Source: Macrostomum hystrix
Taxonomy: Eukaryota; Animalia; Platyhelminthes
Assembly (NCBI GenBank): GCA_950097015.1
Contig: CATNEN010000005.1
Span: 5,084,001-5,148,000, forward strand
Direction of reading: 5' to 3'
Length of the DNA stretch: 64,000 bases
Every line of letters starts with the position of its first letter. Within the stretch, counting starts at the first letter, position 1. Of the stretch, positions 50,344-61,066 are shown piece after piece. The notes under the pieces were generated by a model. The model was not told the origin of the DNA, ran no database searches, and saw only the letters and a list, made by a program, of their open reading frames with translations. The position numbers were made by a program, and so were the translations under genes.

Positions 50344-51289
50344 TTCCCTTTTCCGACTTGGGGTTTACCTCCTTAGCGGCCCCGTGCTCGACACGTTTGG
50401 GGAGCCACTGGTGCCCGGTTGGATGCGGGCAAAGGGGGGGAATGAGGTTGGGCCGCGTATCCCGCAGCTGCTGAGAGACCTCAGCTAGCTGCTGAGTTAC
50501 TTTGGCCAACTCCTCCGTTAGCTTATGCAGCGGCTCCGACTGGACCTGCTCGTCGTCGGGCTCCGCTCTAATTTGGCGCACCCGCCGGCGAGGATCCCGC
50601 TCAACCGCCATTTCATGGGCCTGGGTGGCAGCACGCAGTTCGGCTGCGGCAGCCTCCGCCGTGGCGAACTCCATCCGCATGATGGGTGCCAAAACTTCAG
50701 GTGGGGCCACGATCCCCTCCATGAATGAGGCCAACAGGGCGCGCTCAAAGTGCACACCCTGGCCGTTGGGGGTGGCCTGCAGGGCCGCTGTCCTTAATCT
50801 GTCGGCAAAGGCGGGGTATGTCTCATCCCGCCCTTGCTTCAAATTGCGCCCACTCAGTAATCGGGCGTAGGGGGTGCAGGCGCCACTGAGAACTTCAGTT
50901 AGGTCCTGCACAAATCTAACGTAAGTCACCCGGCGGGGCAACCCTAACGCCTCGGTGAGGGGCTCGCCACTCAGGTGAGCGAGGAGGGTGAGGATTTTTT
51001 CTTCCTCGGATTCTACACCCTCCGCCTCCAGCTTCAGGCTGAAACGGCGCAGCCAGAGGGGGAAGGAATCTCTTCGGGACTCGAAGGGTTCGATAGTGAC
51101 TTTGACCCGGTGGTTCCGAGGTCGTCGCACTTCTAGTCGCTCTAAAAGCAGCGCTAGGCGCTCCACAGGGTCGGCTTGCTGTGCTGCAGCAGCCGCTGGG
51201 GGTTCGGCGCGCGCCGCAGCTGCGGCGCGGCCTCTGGGTGGGCGGTTGGTTCCAACCACCTCCACCACCTCATCCTCCTGGTCGGACAT
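50231..51289 (-). CDS. Ty3/Gypsy-type Gag-like protein
   Basis: AAAATG start; IEPFESRRDSFPLWLRRF, LLAHLSGEP, LKQGRDETYPAFADRLR and SFMEG match the capsid/major-homology-region pattern. Confidence 0.8.
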   Translation of the reverse strand: MSDQEDEVVEVVGTNRPPRGRAAAAARAEPPAAAAAQQADPVERLALLLERLEVRRPRNHRVKVTIEPFESRRDSFPLWLRRFSLKLEAEGVESEEEKILTLLAHLSGEPLTEALGLPRRVTYVRFVQDLTEVLSGACTPYARLLSGRNLKQGRDETYPAFADRLRTAALQATPNGQGVHFERALLASFMEGIVAPPEVLAPIMRMEFATAEAAAAELRAATQAHEMAVERDPRRRVRQIRAEPDDEQVQSEPLHKLTEELAKVTQQLAEVSQQLRDTRPNLIPPLCPHPTGHQWLPKRVEHGAAKEVNPKSEKGNGNGAANWRQSHGSETQPAARQSERRQLLPPTAEKSE

Positions 51290-54262
51290 TTTCGACCAAA
51301 AGAGGGGTGAGGATTTTGAATTTGAAATGGGGGGGTTCTCCTATGCCCGAGAACTCACCGCGATGCAGTGGCAGATACGCGAACAACGGAAAAAGGAAAA
51401 TGAGAGGAGAGAGAGAGAGGGACTGGGGCCCTGGCTAGCCTCGCATCCAGCCTTGGCTACTGACAACTGCTCACGCGCACTTAAGTTTGGGACATAGAAG
51501 TCTAGGTTTTAACCAGCACTCATTCTGCAACCCTGCAGCGAACTGTTACACTACAGGTACGGCGGGGTCAGTACTACTGCGGGCTCGCGCCTGCGGCAGC
51601 CTATCACCCTACCTTGGAAAGTACACGCCTCAATAAGATACTCAGAGAAAGGATAATCCCCGACTCGCTCAGGGAGTCATCGATTCCTGGCTGCATTGCC
51701 GGGGGCTCCCCTCGCGATTTACGAGACTGGGAAGCCCAGGGGGGATATAACTGGGATCTCGATCGGATAGGAGTCCGTAGGGCTAAAGCCCGGTTACTGC
51801 ATTTAGACCATCCCTCAAAGAATCCCTTAGAAAGACGTGCCGACCGAATTCTAGCCCATGCTTAAAGTAGGCAGCTTCGAGAGGCGGGCACGGGTGCCGC
51901 TAGGCTCCCTCAAAGTCCCACCTCCCTAACTGTTCCCCACCTAAGTTAGACTTGGTCAAAGCTACGTGGCACTTTCAGAATCAGACACATGAAAGCAGGC
52001 CCTGCATGCTGCCCAAGAGAACCAATCCCCGGTGCTCGGCGAGTCATCGATTCCCGGCTGCATTGCCGGGGGCTCCCCTCGCTCGGTTAGAAGGCCGTAA
52101 GGCATTGCCTGGTCCCTCGTTAAGAATGGCCCCTCCCAGAATAGTCACGCGGGAAACCCCACAGACAGTCCCTGACTCCTGCAGCAGCCAGATAACCCGA
52201 AGACACTCTAGCATGAAGTCCGCTCACACAGCCTACTCATAGTAGAAAGTCACTAATCAAAATTTTGGAAATTCTAACAAAAACTAAATTAAATTGAAAT
52301 CAAATTGCAACTGTTCGGAAATTAATTGACAGTCACTAGAACTGAGATTCACTATTTAGAGATAAGATTTCGGCATACGGAAAATGAAATCTAGAAGGAG
52401 CCCTTTCGGCTAGCTACCACAGAAATCTGCGGCGCTAAACTAACAATTGAAATTCAAGTTCGTTTCGCGCCCTTTCTAGATCCCACCGCTGCCACCATTT
52501 GAAATGGGTAGGGTCTTTTACAAGCCGATGACCGCCCTCATGACAGATAGGAGTGTGGAAAACCGACGATAGGGTCGGAGGTCGATCACGCTGCTGCCGC
52601 GAGTTGTCGCAGAGAGGGATGAGACGAAGGGAGGGATGAAGGGAGAGATGAAGGGAGAGATGAGGCGGTACAAAGGATGCAGGGAGTGGTCCTATTGGCC
52701 TCAGGCTGGCCAGTTCCACTCGTCCCATAGGCCACAGGTATGACGGCCGTGCCTACCCCAAGCAATGCTCGAAACCGGCTAAAAGTCTAAGAAGAGGGTC
52801 GGACTGCCCGGAATCGGACAGTGCAGGGCTAGCCAGCCTACTGCCGTCAGTAGCATGTAAGTAACCGACTCCTAACCTAGGTAGCGGTGGTCGAAACGGC
52901 CCAGGCTCTTGTCACAGAAATGCGGAAAGGCTATTGGCAAAGCGGAAAATGATCTCGGGTAGCGCCACCACCCAATGCGCCTACGTTGCCACCGCAGACA
53001 TTTGGGAACTTGGGTCCCCGGAGTACACAGCTCCCAGTTCATCACACAGATCTAGACAAGCCGAAAAATAGGGCATTCTGCAACTTCCGTTTTAGACTGG
53101 GGTGAGAACCCCAGAATGGATCGAGACACGCCTCAACAGGGGATTCCTGAATTCGCGCTACAGGGGTCTAGAAAGGTGGTACTAAGAACTCGAATGAAAA
53201 TCCATAGCCAGAATCCTACTCGTGAAACATCAGGCACATTCCTTACATTAGATTGCAGCCTACACCTTAGGTGACTAACAAATCCGAATCTGTGTGAGAT
53301 GAGGAAATCAGAGGCAGGAGAGATTGAGCAGAACACTGGCTGAGTGATTATGCAAGCGATGATTATTAGATCACACCTCTCGCTCCCATGGCCGCGGTTA
53401 CGAGAGGCGGGGAATAGAAGGAGAATTCAATTGACAAAGGAGTTTGACGCGCACACTGGGATCCGCCAGTGAGTGAGGAAAGCCGGCCAAGGAATTCCCC
53501 GCCCCTAGGCAGCAGTGCACACGCTACATTCCGCATTTTACTCGCAAATCCCTAGCTCCTTATTACTCTCATGCGCGCTCGCAGTTGTCTTCCTGCCGCC
53601 GCTTTCAGCTCGGCATCACCAGAGCCCACCCCCTAAAGAGTTTAGCCACTCATCTCTGAGGGCTGTCTAACAATAAAATAAAAGTGAAAGAGAGACATAG
53701 TAAAAGGAATTAAGTTGTTGTAAAATTAAGTCCAATAAGTTAAAAGTGCTTTAGATTAGACAGTTCATTAGGCTAAACAATTTCCCTAATTCCCCTCCCA
53801 CTAAATGCCGCCTAACCTAAAGTGTTAGTCCCTTAGGAGTAATAATCACGGAACCGCTGCGCGGGCTACTTATCTGGATGCTGATTCGGCCGCGTGCTGC
53901 AATCCTGTAGTTCTCGGGGAAGGGGTAGGCAAAAAACAACAAGGCAGAGAGGGGGTAAACTGAAGTGAGCTGGCAGGGGCCAACACACCAAAGGAGCTCT
54001 AAGGCTCAATTCAGTGCTCACCTAAAGAGGTGGCTTGCTTCTAATGGCCGAGGAGCAGGCAATGAGCCTGTGAATGCTTGTCTGAGCTTATAGCTCTGGG
54101 GTCTAAGCCCTAAGTGGATGTGGGAAAAGTGCCTTAGGTCCGGTGGGAGTCCAGTAAGGCAAGGGAAGGCTCCCGGAAAGGTTCCGGTAGGGAAAAAGGG
54201 GTAGGTAGAAGGGGAGACGTTGCTCTAGGGGCAGCGCAGCGCGCTTCCTTAAATAGTCTTAC

Positions 54263-54577
54263 TGTCGCTTGGGACAAAACTTCTTTGCTTGTATTTGACT
54301 TGTATATTGAAAGTATTTGGTTCGAAGCTCTTGTGGGCTTAGTGCGCACTAGAAGCAACTAAAGGGGAACTGTACCGAGAAAGGAATTAGAAACATAGAC
54401 AACGATTGAGTAACAAGGGGCGGGCAGGATGCGTAGTCTATGGGCTAAAAGGACGATAGAAAGCGAAACAATTAAAGTGCAGTGAAACGTACTGATTAAC
54501 TAGTTGGTGAGCAAGAGAGAAAAGAGGAGAGTCGAAGGAAACGACGAGAAGGAGTTCTGGAGGAAGCATTTCCGACA
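54263..54577 (-). repeat. Bel/Pao 3' LTR
   Basis: TGTCGCTTGG...TTTCCGACA, identical by eye to 60215-60529. Confidence 0.95.
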
Positions 54578-54594
54578 GGGTGGGGGGGGCGAAG

Positions 54595-57500
54595 TTACGC
54601 AATGCTAAAAGGAGAGTCACGTAGAAGTTGTCGTCGCATGGCCCGTCGAGCGCGGTTGGTTTGTACCGGATCGTCCTTGCTGCCAGAACCGGGTGGAACT
54701 AGAGTCCTGCCGGCGTTGGCCGCGGTCTGGAAATCGATAATGTCGGCCTCGAGAGGGACGAGATGCGTGATGGCACGGCGGGACTCGTGACCGGTGCTCG
54801 TTCGGACAGTGACATAACGGGTGATATCATGACTGTCGGGATGGACTTCGATGACGCGGCACGTCTTCCAGTTTGACCGCGGAGTCTGGTCGGCGAGGAG
54901 GTAGAGCTGTCCAACGAGGGGCTGGTGTGAGTGCTCGCCGTGCCGTCTACGGTGTTGTAAGTGGATCGAGTGGAGTTGTTGAATGTAGTCGCGGTTCCAT
55001 CGCGCCCAGAAAGCGTCAATGATTTGCTCGCGGCGTCGATAGAGAGCTCGTAGTTGGTTGCTGGTCGTGGTCCCAGCAGATGGAAAAAGGTGCTCAGGCG
55101 CTGCAGGCAAGTCAAGTCGAGCGCTAGGAGCGATGAGATCGGCTGGCGTTAGGGGGCGCGTATCGCTAGGGTCATTCGAGAAAGATGTCAGCGGGCGAGA
55201 GTTCAAGACAGCCTCGATCTTTGTCAGCAGGGTGAGGAACTCTTCTTCCGAGATCCGCCGGCGCCAAAGTGCGGGTCGAAGGCTGGCTTTGACAATCCCA
55301 ACCAGTCGCTCGACGGCTCCTTGGTGCCACGGAGCGCGTGCCGGTGCGAATTTGAAGTGGAGTTGTCTAGCAGTGGCGAATGGTTGGAGGTCAGCTAGGA
55401 GTTTGTGCTGGAACGTTGGTGTTAGCAGAGAGTCGATGATTTTGCCGGCCGCTTGGAAGGCGGTTGCCTGGTCTAGGAAGATGCTGGCTTCGGTGAGTCC
55501 CCGGCGGGCCCAGAATCGCTCGAAGGCATGGAGAACTGAGTCCGCAGAATAGTCATGGAGGTACTCGAGATGGACCGCGCGGCTTGAGGCGCAACAGAGG
55601 AGCATTGCCCATCGTTTGTTGATAGTGCGGGTCTTCGTATCGGTCGTCAAGACGGGGCCCAGCTGGTCGACGAGCAGAGAGCTGAACGCCGGGCCTGATG
55701 AGTTGAGGCGCTCTGGTGGTAGCTGGCCATGCTGTGGGGGAGGGAGTGTGCGTCCCTTCGTGAATCGGCATGGAAGACACTGGCGGAGGCTTGAGCGGAC
55801 AGTGGAGAGACCACGGACAATCCAGAAACGGTCGCGAAGGCTCCGTAGAACAGATATGGCGCTGCTGTGGCAATCTCGTTTGTGGAAGTAGAGTATGAGC
55901 AGGTGAGTGAGATGATGATCGGGTGGAAGGAGCATTGGGTAGATTGCGTCTGCGTCTAAGGTTGCGTTTGCCATACGGGAATTGAGGTGGATCAGACCTT
56001 CGTCATCCAAGAAGAGGTCAAGCTGCGCGACTATCTTGCAGCTTTTGGGTCTGCCTTCCTGTATGGCATTGATTGCGTCAGCGTAGCGCTCTCTCTGTAC
56101 CCATTTGATCCACAAGTGAAGAGCAGCCTGGCGTTCCGAGGCATCTGGCGCGGTGACTCGGTTTCTTCGCTTGACGAAACGGATAACATATGCGAGAGTT
56201 CCGAGAAGGGCACTGAGTTTGCCGAAGCGGTTGATGTCCATGTCTGCAGGGGGGACGCATCTGTTCGATGCAGACAGGAAAGCGCTTGTCTTCTTGGTCT
56301 TTTTCTGGGCTCGTGGGATGCCTTGGAGAATCGTGGAGTTCGTGGGTGTGGGTGTTGTCTGAGATGGCCACTCCCCATGTGGCTGTCGGAGGAATCGAGG
56401 TCCGGTGAAGAAATTTGAATTGAGAAGTTGGCTGAGTGTAAGTGGCCTTGTGCAACAATCGGCAGGGTTCTCAGCGGTGTTGACGTAGCGGTAGTCGTCA
56501 GTCAGGTTGGACTCCAAGATCTCCTGAACGCGACGGGCCTCATAGGGACGGAGCTTGGCCCCATTGTGGATCCAATGAAGGACTATCTGACTGTCCATGA
56601 AGTGGGTTATGCCACTGAGCCTCTTGCCTAGGTTAAAGGAGTCGCGTAGGAAAATCGCGGCTCGGTTGGCGATTAATGCGGCCCAGAGCTCAAGGCGAGG
56701 AACCGTGATGAGTACATTCTTGCGGCCAGATGGAGCGAGGCGGGCCTTGGCGTTGATGAGGCAGCAGTTGGTGAGGTCCTTCCCATTCTGATGCAGGTAA
56801 ATTGTGTACCCGTAAGCTCGAGGTGAGGCGTCGCTGAAGATCACGAGCCTACTGGGTAGTGCCTGGTCTGCGAGGCAGCGACGAGGAACGGTAATACGGC
56901 AGATCTCGTTGAAATCATTGAGGAGTCTGCGCCAGCTCTCAACAGTATCGGTTGAGGCAGGCTTGTTCCATGCATCCATAGGACCGAAGCTTTCGTGATA
57001 TAGAAGACGTCCAGCTAGAAGCAGGGGCGCTGCGTAACCGCACGGGTCGTATGGCGTAGAGATTCCCTTAAGAAGACTGGCCCGGTTGAGATTAGGGTCC
57101 AATTTCAGCTGTGGACTGGCCAGGCTCAGTTGGTCACTCTGTGTGTCCCAGAGGATTCCGAGGCTCTTGACGACTGGTTCGTGGATCTGATCTGCCCAGG
57201 GCACGTCGCAGAGCGCTCCTGGGTCACTGGCGGCAAACTGGCGGAGGTGAAACCCAGCGGATCGGAAGAGAGCTCGGGTTGCGGCAACGATACGTGGGCC
57301 CTCTTCTTGAACGTCATAGCCCTGGACCAAGTTGTCGACATAGAGGCTGTAGGGTAGCTGCTCAAGCTGTCGAGAGCTAAGACCTGATTTTCCGGAATCC
57401 ATGGCATCCAGGCAGAGTTTCCGAATGACGGCGGCAAGGATCCACGGTGATGATCTGGCTCCCATGACGATACGGGTGAAGCGCCAGACTTGGAAATTGT

Positions 57501-60168
57501 CACGTGTAAGCGGCAGGTCGATGTTTTTGGGTAGGATAACACGTTGGGCGTCCCGACAATGCTCGTGCACGAGTACTTGGTAAAAGGCGGCCTGGATGTC
57601 GCTGAGGCAGATAAACTTTGAGGTTCGGAGACGTAGCTGAACCTTGAAGAGGTTGGTGAGCAAGTTTGGCCCAGACTCCATGAGGTCGTTGAGAGAGACG
57701 CCCCCTAGAGATGTTGGCGCTGAGGCGTCTACAACTGGTCGTACTTTTGTGGTGTTTGAAGACATCTTGATGACGGGAAAGTGCGTCAGGACATGGATGA
57801 TCTTTCCTTTTGGACTAGTGTCATCGACGATTTCCAGGATCCCTTCTGCTTTGTGCTTTTCAAACTCTCCATAGTACTCTTGACGCTCCGCCTGTGAAAG
57901 ACGACGGTGTGTAGCCTGAGCGCGACCCCAAGCTTGTCCGAAGTTTGATGGGAGTTGCTCCGCTCCAGGCTTGAAGGGTAATGCGACCGAGTAACGACCG
58001 TCCGATCCACGTGTGGCCGAGTCCAGGAGGTCTTTCGTCAAAACGTCGCCTCGTGGATTGGGTTGTTCGGCCCCTTTTTCGATGCCGAGCAGCTCGAGGC
58101 TGGTCATTCGGTCGACCAGACATTCAAGGTTGTCGGGACGGGATTGTGACAGAAGTGAGTTGGCGATGAGTTGACTAGAGTTGAGAAGCCCACTGGATTT
58201 ACAATCGTCGGTATTTTCGAGGCAGCCTGTGAGGACGGCACCAAACGGGGTGAGGTGCGCGGTAAGACTTGGCCGTAGTGGGATTGCAGGAACGCTCGGG
58301 CCTATTAACCGCTGAGCATAGTCGTTACCGATGAGCAAATCTAACTCAAGTTCCCCGTCTTGGGAAGGTGGGAGATTGGCTATTCCATGGGGCAAGTGTT
58401 GCAGAGTGGCCAGAATATCACTTGGTAGCTGGACAGCTGGTATGTGGATTGGTGGAGCGATGTGCTCGGTTGCCAGAACTCGGAGTGGTAAACGGCGGCC
58501 ATCGGGTGTTGAGAGTTCGAGTTCGACGATGTCTGCGGTCACTCGGCGTCGAGAGTTGGTGTGACATGAAGAGCTGTCAAGCGAGATTCGGCGATGTAAA
58601 CGAAGACCGAGTTTTCGAGCCACATCGAGTTTTATGTACGTGAAACTGCAGCCGCCATCGATGAGGACCGACACTCGCGTAGTTCCGCCGCTAGTCGGGT
58701 TTACAGCAGTGGCAGAGAATGTGGCCATGATGGACGGTCTTATCAACTCGTCGCAGGTGGAGGAGATGCAGGAGACGGTATTGATGGTGTTATCGTTCAT
58801 GGCTTTTAAGTAGGCGAATGCCGTCGGCAATGCGGTCGTCGAGTCGAGGTTGCTGTTGGCTTTCGCTGTTGAGTCGACGTGAAGAACATGCGGTGGTGGA
58901 TTGAAACGCGCTCCGTGAAGTGATGTGTGGTGCAATGCTCGACACTCGCGGCATCTGTTCCGGGAGCTACAGTTTGAGGTGGCATGGCTACGCAGGCAGT
59001 TGAGGCACAGGGCCTTGCTTCGAATAATGCGGAGCCGATCATCGGGCTTCGAAATTACGCCGCATGTCTGACTGGAGTGTCCTGACCGTTCGCAGTAGAC
59101 GCAGATCGGTGCATGTGCACGTGTGTGCACGTGACCAGCACTCGGAGTGGATGAAGTTACGGAGCGGTTTGTGGCAGCGTTGATTAGACTAGCTCCGGCA
59201 TAGGGGGCGAAAGCAGCTGTTGCGTAGTTGGTTTGCGAGGCACGGATGGCACGAAGCTTGTTGTCGAGGTGTCCCTGGAGCTCTTGCATTGTTGGAATTA
59301 GCGGTTGCAACGCCTTACAACGCACATCCTGGATATCTGATTGGAGCGCCGGTGGAAGCTTTGGCCACAGTGCATGCACGTAGGGATCCAGGGCAGCACT
59401 GGTTTCACCGAGGCGGGTTAGCTGGCCGACTGTGAGGCGAAGTGTGTCTGAAAATTCCTCCAGGCTCTGGTGGTCGATGTTGCGAAGCTGCGGCATCGCG
59501 AGAAGTCGCCTGAAGCAGGTGCTCTTCTGCTCCCACAGGTCGCCATAATTAGCTTGGAGAATTTGGCAGGCTTGGTTGTAGGCCCCTGGTTGACAGGCGT
59601 CCAGACCACCTAGTTTCCGGAGGGCAGCGCCAGCGAGAAGCCCGCGAAGAGCTTCAAATTTATCAACGTCTGTGTAGTTGCTGCTGTCGATGCGGTAAGT
59701 GAAAGAACTCCAAAATGCAGGGAAACTAGCTGGGTCTTCACCGTCGAAACCCTGAAGTTGAACATTGCGGAGGACGGTGTCGCCGAAGAGGGACGTCGGT
59801 CGAGGCGTCGGAGGGGCGGGCTGGGATGTGGTCTGGTTTATGTGAAGCTGTTGTACGAGCAGCTGGTTCTGCTGCATCATCTGAGCCATTGCGCCAATAA
59901 GTTGTTGTACAGCGTCGTGTTGGTTAGGTACACCGAATGCGATAGAGCCGACTGGACTGGCAGGTGCGGCGAGGCCGCTGGTGGGTGCGGCCAGGCCGCT
60001 GGCAGATGCGGCGAGGCCGCTTGTAGGTGCGGCGAGGCCGCTGGCAGGAGCTGCGAGGCCGCTGGCAGATGCGGCGAGGCCGCTGGTAGTCAGGTTAGTG
60101 TATGTAGGTCTTACTCGGCTTTGAGATTTGTGACTGAGCTTTCCACGAGTGGTGCTGCGCGTCTTCAT
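54595..60168 (-). CDS. Bel/Pao gag-pol polyprotein (gag, Zn knuckles, protease, RT, RNase H, integrase)
   Basis: DUF1759-like FDGEDPASFPAFW; CCHC-type CVYCERSGHSSQTC and CLNCLRSHATSNC; LIDGGC protease; RT YVDN; RNase H FSDAS; integrase HH-CC, VDQLGP, DQATAF, GAVERL. Domain order PR-RT-RH-IN. Confidence 0.96.
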   Translation of the reverse strand: MKTRSTTRGKLSHKSQSRVRPTYTNLTTSGLAASASGLAAPASGLAAPTSGLAASASGLAAPTSGLAAPASPVGSIAFGVPNQHDAVQQLIGAMAQMMQQNQLLVQQLHINQTTSQPAPPTPRPTSLFGDTVLRNVQLQGFDGEDPASFPAFWSSFTYRIDSSNYTDVDKFEALRGLLAGAALRKLGGLDACQPGAYNQACQILQANYGDLWEQKSTCFRRLLAMPQLRNIDHQSLEEFSDTLRLTVGQLTRLGETSAALDPYVHALWPKLPPALQSDIQDVRCKALQPLIPTMQELQGHLDNKLRAIRASQTNYATAAFAPYAGASLINAATNRSVTSSTPSAGHVHTRAHAPICVYCERSGHSSQTCGVISKPDDRLRIIRSKALCLNCLRSHATSNCSSRNRCRECRALHHTSLHGARFNPPPHVLHVDSTAKANSNLDSTTALPTAFAYLKAMNDNTINTVSCISSTCDELIRPSIMATFSATAVNPTSGGTTRVSVLIDGGCSFTYIKLDVARKLGLRLHRRISLDSSSCHTNSRRRVTADIVELELSTPDGRRLPLRVLATEHIAPPIHIPAVQLPSDILATLQHLPHGIANLPPSQDGELELDLLIGNDYAQRLIGPSVPAIPLRPSLTAHLTPFGAVLTGCLENTDDCKSSGLLNSSQLIANSLLSQSRPDNLECLVDRMTSLELLGIEKGAEQPNPRGDVLTKDLLDSATRGSDGRYSVALPFKPGAEQLPSNFGQAWGRAQATHRRLSQAERQEYYGEFEKHKAEGILEIVDDTSPKGKIIHVLTHFPVIKMSSNTTKVRPVVDASAPTSLGGVSLNDLMESGPNLLTNLFKVQLRLRTSKFICLSDIQAAFYQVLVHEHCRDAQRVILPKNIDLPLTRDNFQVWRFTRIVMGARSSPWILAAVIRKLCLDAMDSGKSGLSSRQLEQLPYSLYVDNLVQGYDVQEEGPRIVAATRALFRSAGFHLRQFAASDPGALCDVPWADQIHEPVVKSLGILWDTQSDQLSLASPQLKLDPNLNRASLLKGISTPYDPCGYAAPLLLAGRLLYHESFGPMDAWNKPASTDTVESWRRLLNDFNEICRITVPRRCLADQALPSRLVIFSDASPRAYGYTIYLHQNGKDLTNCCLINAKARLAPSGRKNVLITVPRLELWAALIANRAAIFLRDSFNLGKRLSGITHFMDSQIVLHWIHNGAKLRPYEARRVQEILESNLTDDYRYVNTAENPADCCTRPLTLSQLLNSNFFTGPRFLRQPHGEWPSQTTPTPTNSTILQGIPRAQKKTKKTSAFLSASNRCVPPADMDINRFGKLSALLGTLAYVIRFVKRRNRVTAPDASERQAALHLWIKWVQRERYADAINAIQEGRPKSCKIVAQLDLFLDDEGLIHLNSRMANATLDADAIYPMLLPPDHHLTHLLILYFHKRDCHSSAISVLRSLRDRFWIVRGLSTVRSSLRQCLPCRFTKGRTLPPPQHGQLPPERLNSSGPAFSSLLVDQLGPVLTTDTKTRTINKRWAMLLCCASSRAVHLEYLHDYSADSVLHAFERFWARRGLTEASIFLDQATAFQAAGKIIDSLLTPTFQHKLLADLQPFATARQLHFKFAPARAPWHQGAVERLVGIVKASLRPALWRRRISEEEFLTLLTKIEAVLNSRPLTSFSNDPSDTRPLTPADLIAPSARLDLPAAPEHLFPSAGTTTSNQLRALYRRREQIIDAFWARWNRDYIQQLHSIHLQHRRRHGEHSHQPLVGQLYLLADQTPRSNWKTCRVIEVHPDSHDITRYVTVRTSTGHESRRAITHLVPLEADIIDFQTAANAGRTLVPPGSGSKDDPVQTNRARRAMRRQLLRDSPFSIA

Positions 60169-60196
60169 TTTTGACTTGGCTGTGTGGATACGTTAG

Positions 60197-60211
60197 TGCG
60201 CTCTGCTACCA
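60197..60211 (-). promoter_or_regulatory. Primer-binding site, initiator tRNA-Met type
   Basis: TGGTAGCAGAGCG starts 3 nt inside the 5' LTR; complementary to the CUCUGCUACCA 3' end of animal tRNA-iMet. Confidence 0.8.
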
Positions 60212-60214
60212 ATT

Positions 60215-60529
60215 TGTCGCTTGGGACAAAACTTCTTTGCTTGTATTTGACTTGTATATTGAAAGTATTTGGTTCGAAGCTCTTGTGGGCTTAGTGCGCA
60301 CTAGAAGCAACTAAAGGGGAACTGTACCGAGAAAGGAATTAGAAACATAGACAACGATTGAGTAACAAGGGGCGGGCAGGATGCGTAGTCTATGGGCTAA
60401 AAGGACGATAGAAAGCGAAACAATTAAAGTGCAGTGAAACGTACTGATTAACTAGTTGGTGAGCAAGAGAGAAAAGAGGAGAGTCGAAGGAAACGACGAG
60501 AAGGAGTTCTGGAGGAAGCATTTCCGACA
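60215..60529 (-). repeat. Bel/Pao 5' LTR
   Basis: Identical by eye to 54263-54577. Confidence 0.95.
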
Positions 60530-61066
60530 CTTGCAGCACGCCAACCCCGACATCCATCAAAGTAACCCACATTCGCGCCAGCCTGTCAACGGGGAATCGA
60601 AGCGGCGATGGCCGCCCCGATTACCCAGTGAACCGACGGCGAGAAACGACAGATGTTCTGCTCGAACAGCCGTCGGCAGTCGGCCAATGATTGTTACTCC
60701 GCCAGGACAATGGGAAGCGCAGACGCCGACCTGCCTACAGTGACATTTACATGTATCTAAAGGAGGGAGGTCATTAAGTCGAGCTGGGCTCGAATACTGT
60801 AAAGAAGTGGGGACATGAAGAATTAATGATCACTCATAATGCCCGAGTGATTCCCAATATCTGATCGCGGTTTGGAGGGGAATTATGACCTAAACTACTC
60901 ATACAATAAAAGCTATAACCGCGATCAGTCATTCCTACGGGGGTCTAGACAGATCCAGGGAGAAGGGATTCGACGGCTACTTAATTCAACGCCGCCCAAA
61001 ACCCGGCCCTAAGATTAATGATCGTGTTTGCGGCCAGCTGCTATGTGGGTCGCAATTATTAGATAC

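Larger units (their letters stand above)
54263..60529 (-). mobile_element. Full-length Bel/Pao LTR retrotransposon, very young
   Basis: Two 315-bp TG...CA LTRs that look identical, one intact 1857-aa ORF, PBS, and 5-bp flanks CTTAC/CTTGC. Confidence 0.96.

Noticed and set aside
54602-60174. Many short ORFs overlapping the Bel/Pao polyprotein
   Set aside because: Alternative-frame or antisense by-products of a GC-rich coding sequence.
46300-61060. LTR pair, PBS or PPT for the gag-protease cassette
   Set aside because: No long direct repeat was found on both sides by eye. Candidate TGG motifs near 53483 and 53620 match no tRNA 3' end I know. The purine run at ~49745-49795 is on the wrong strand for a PPT and fits a splice acceptor better.
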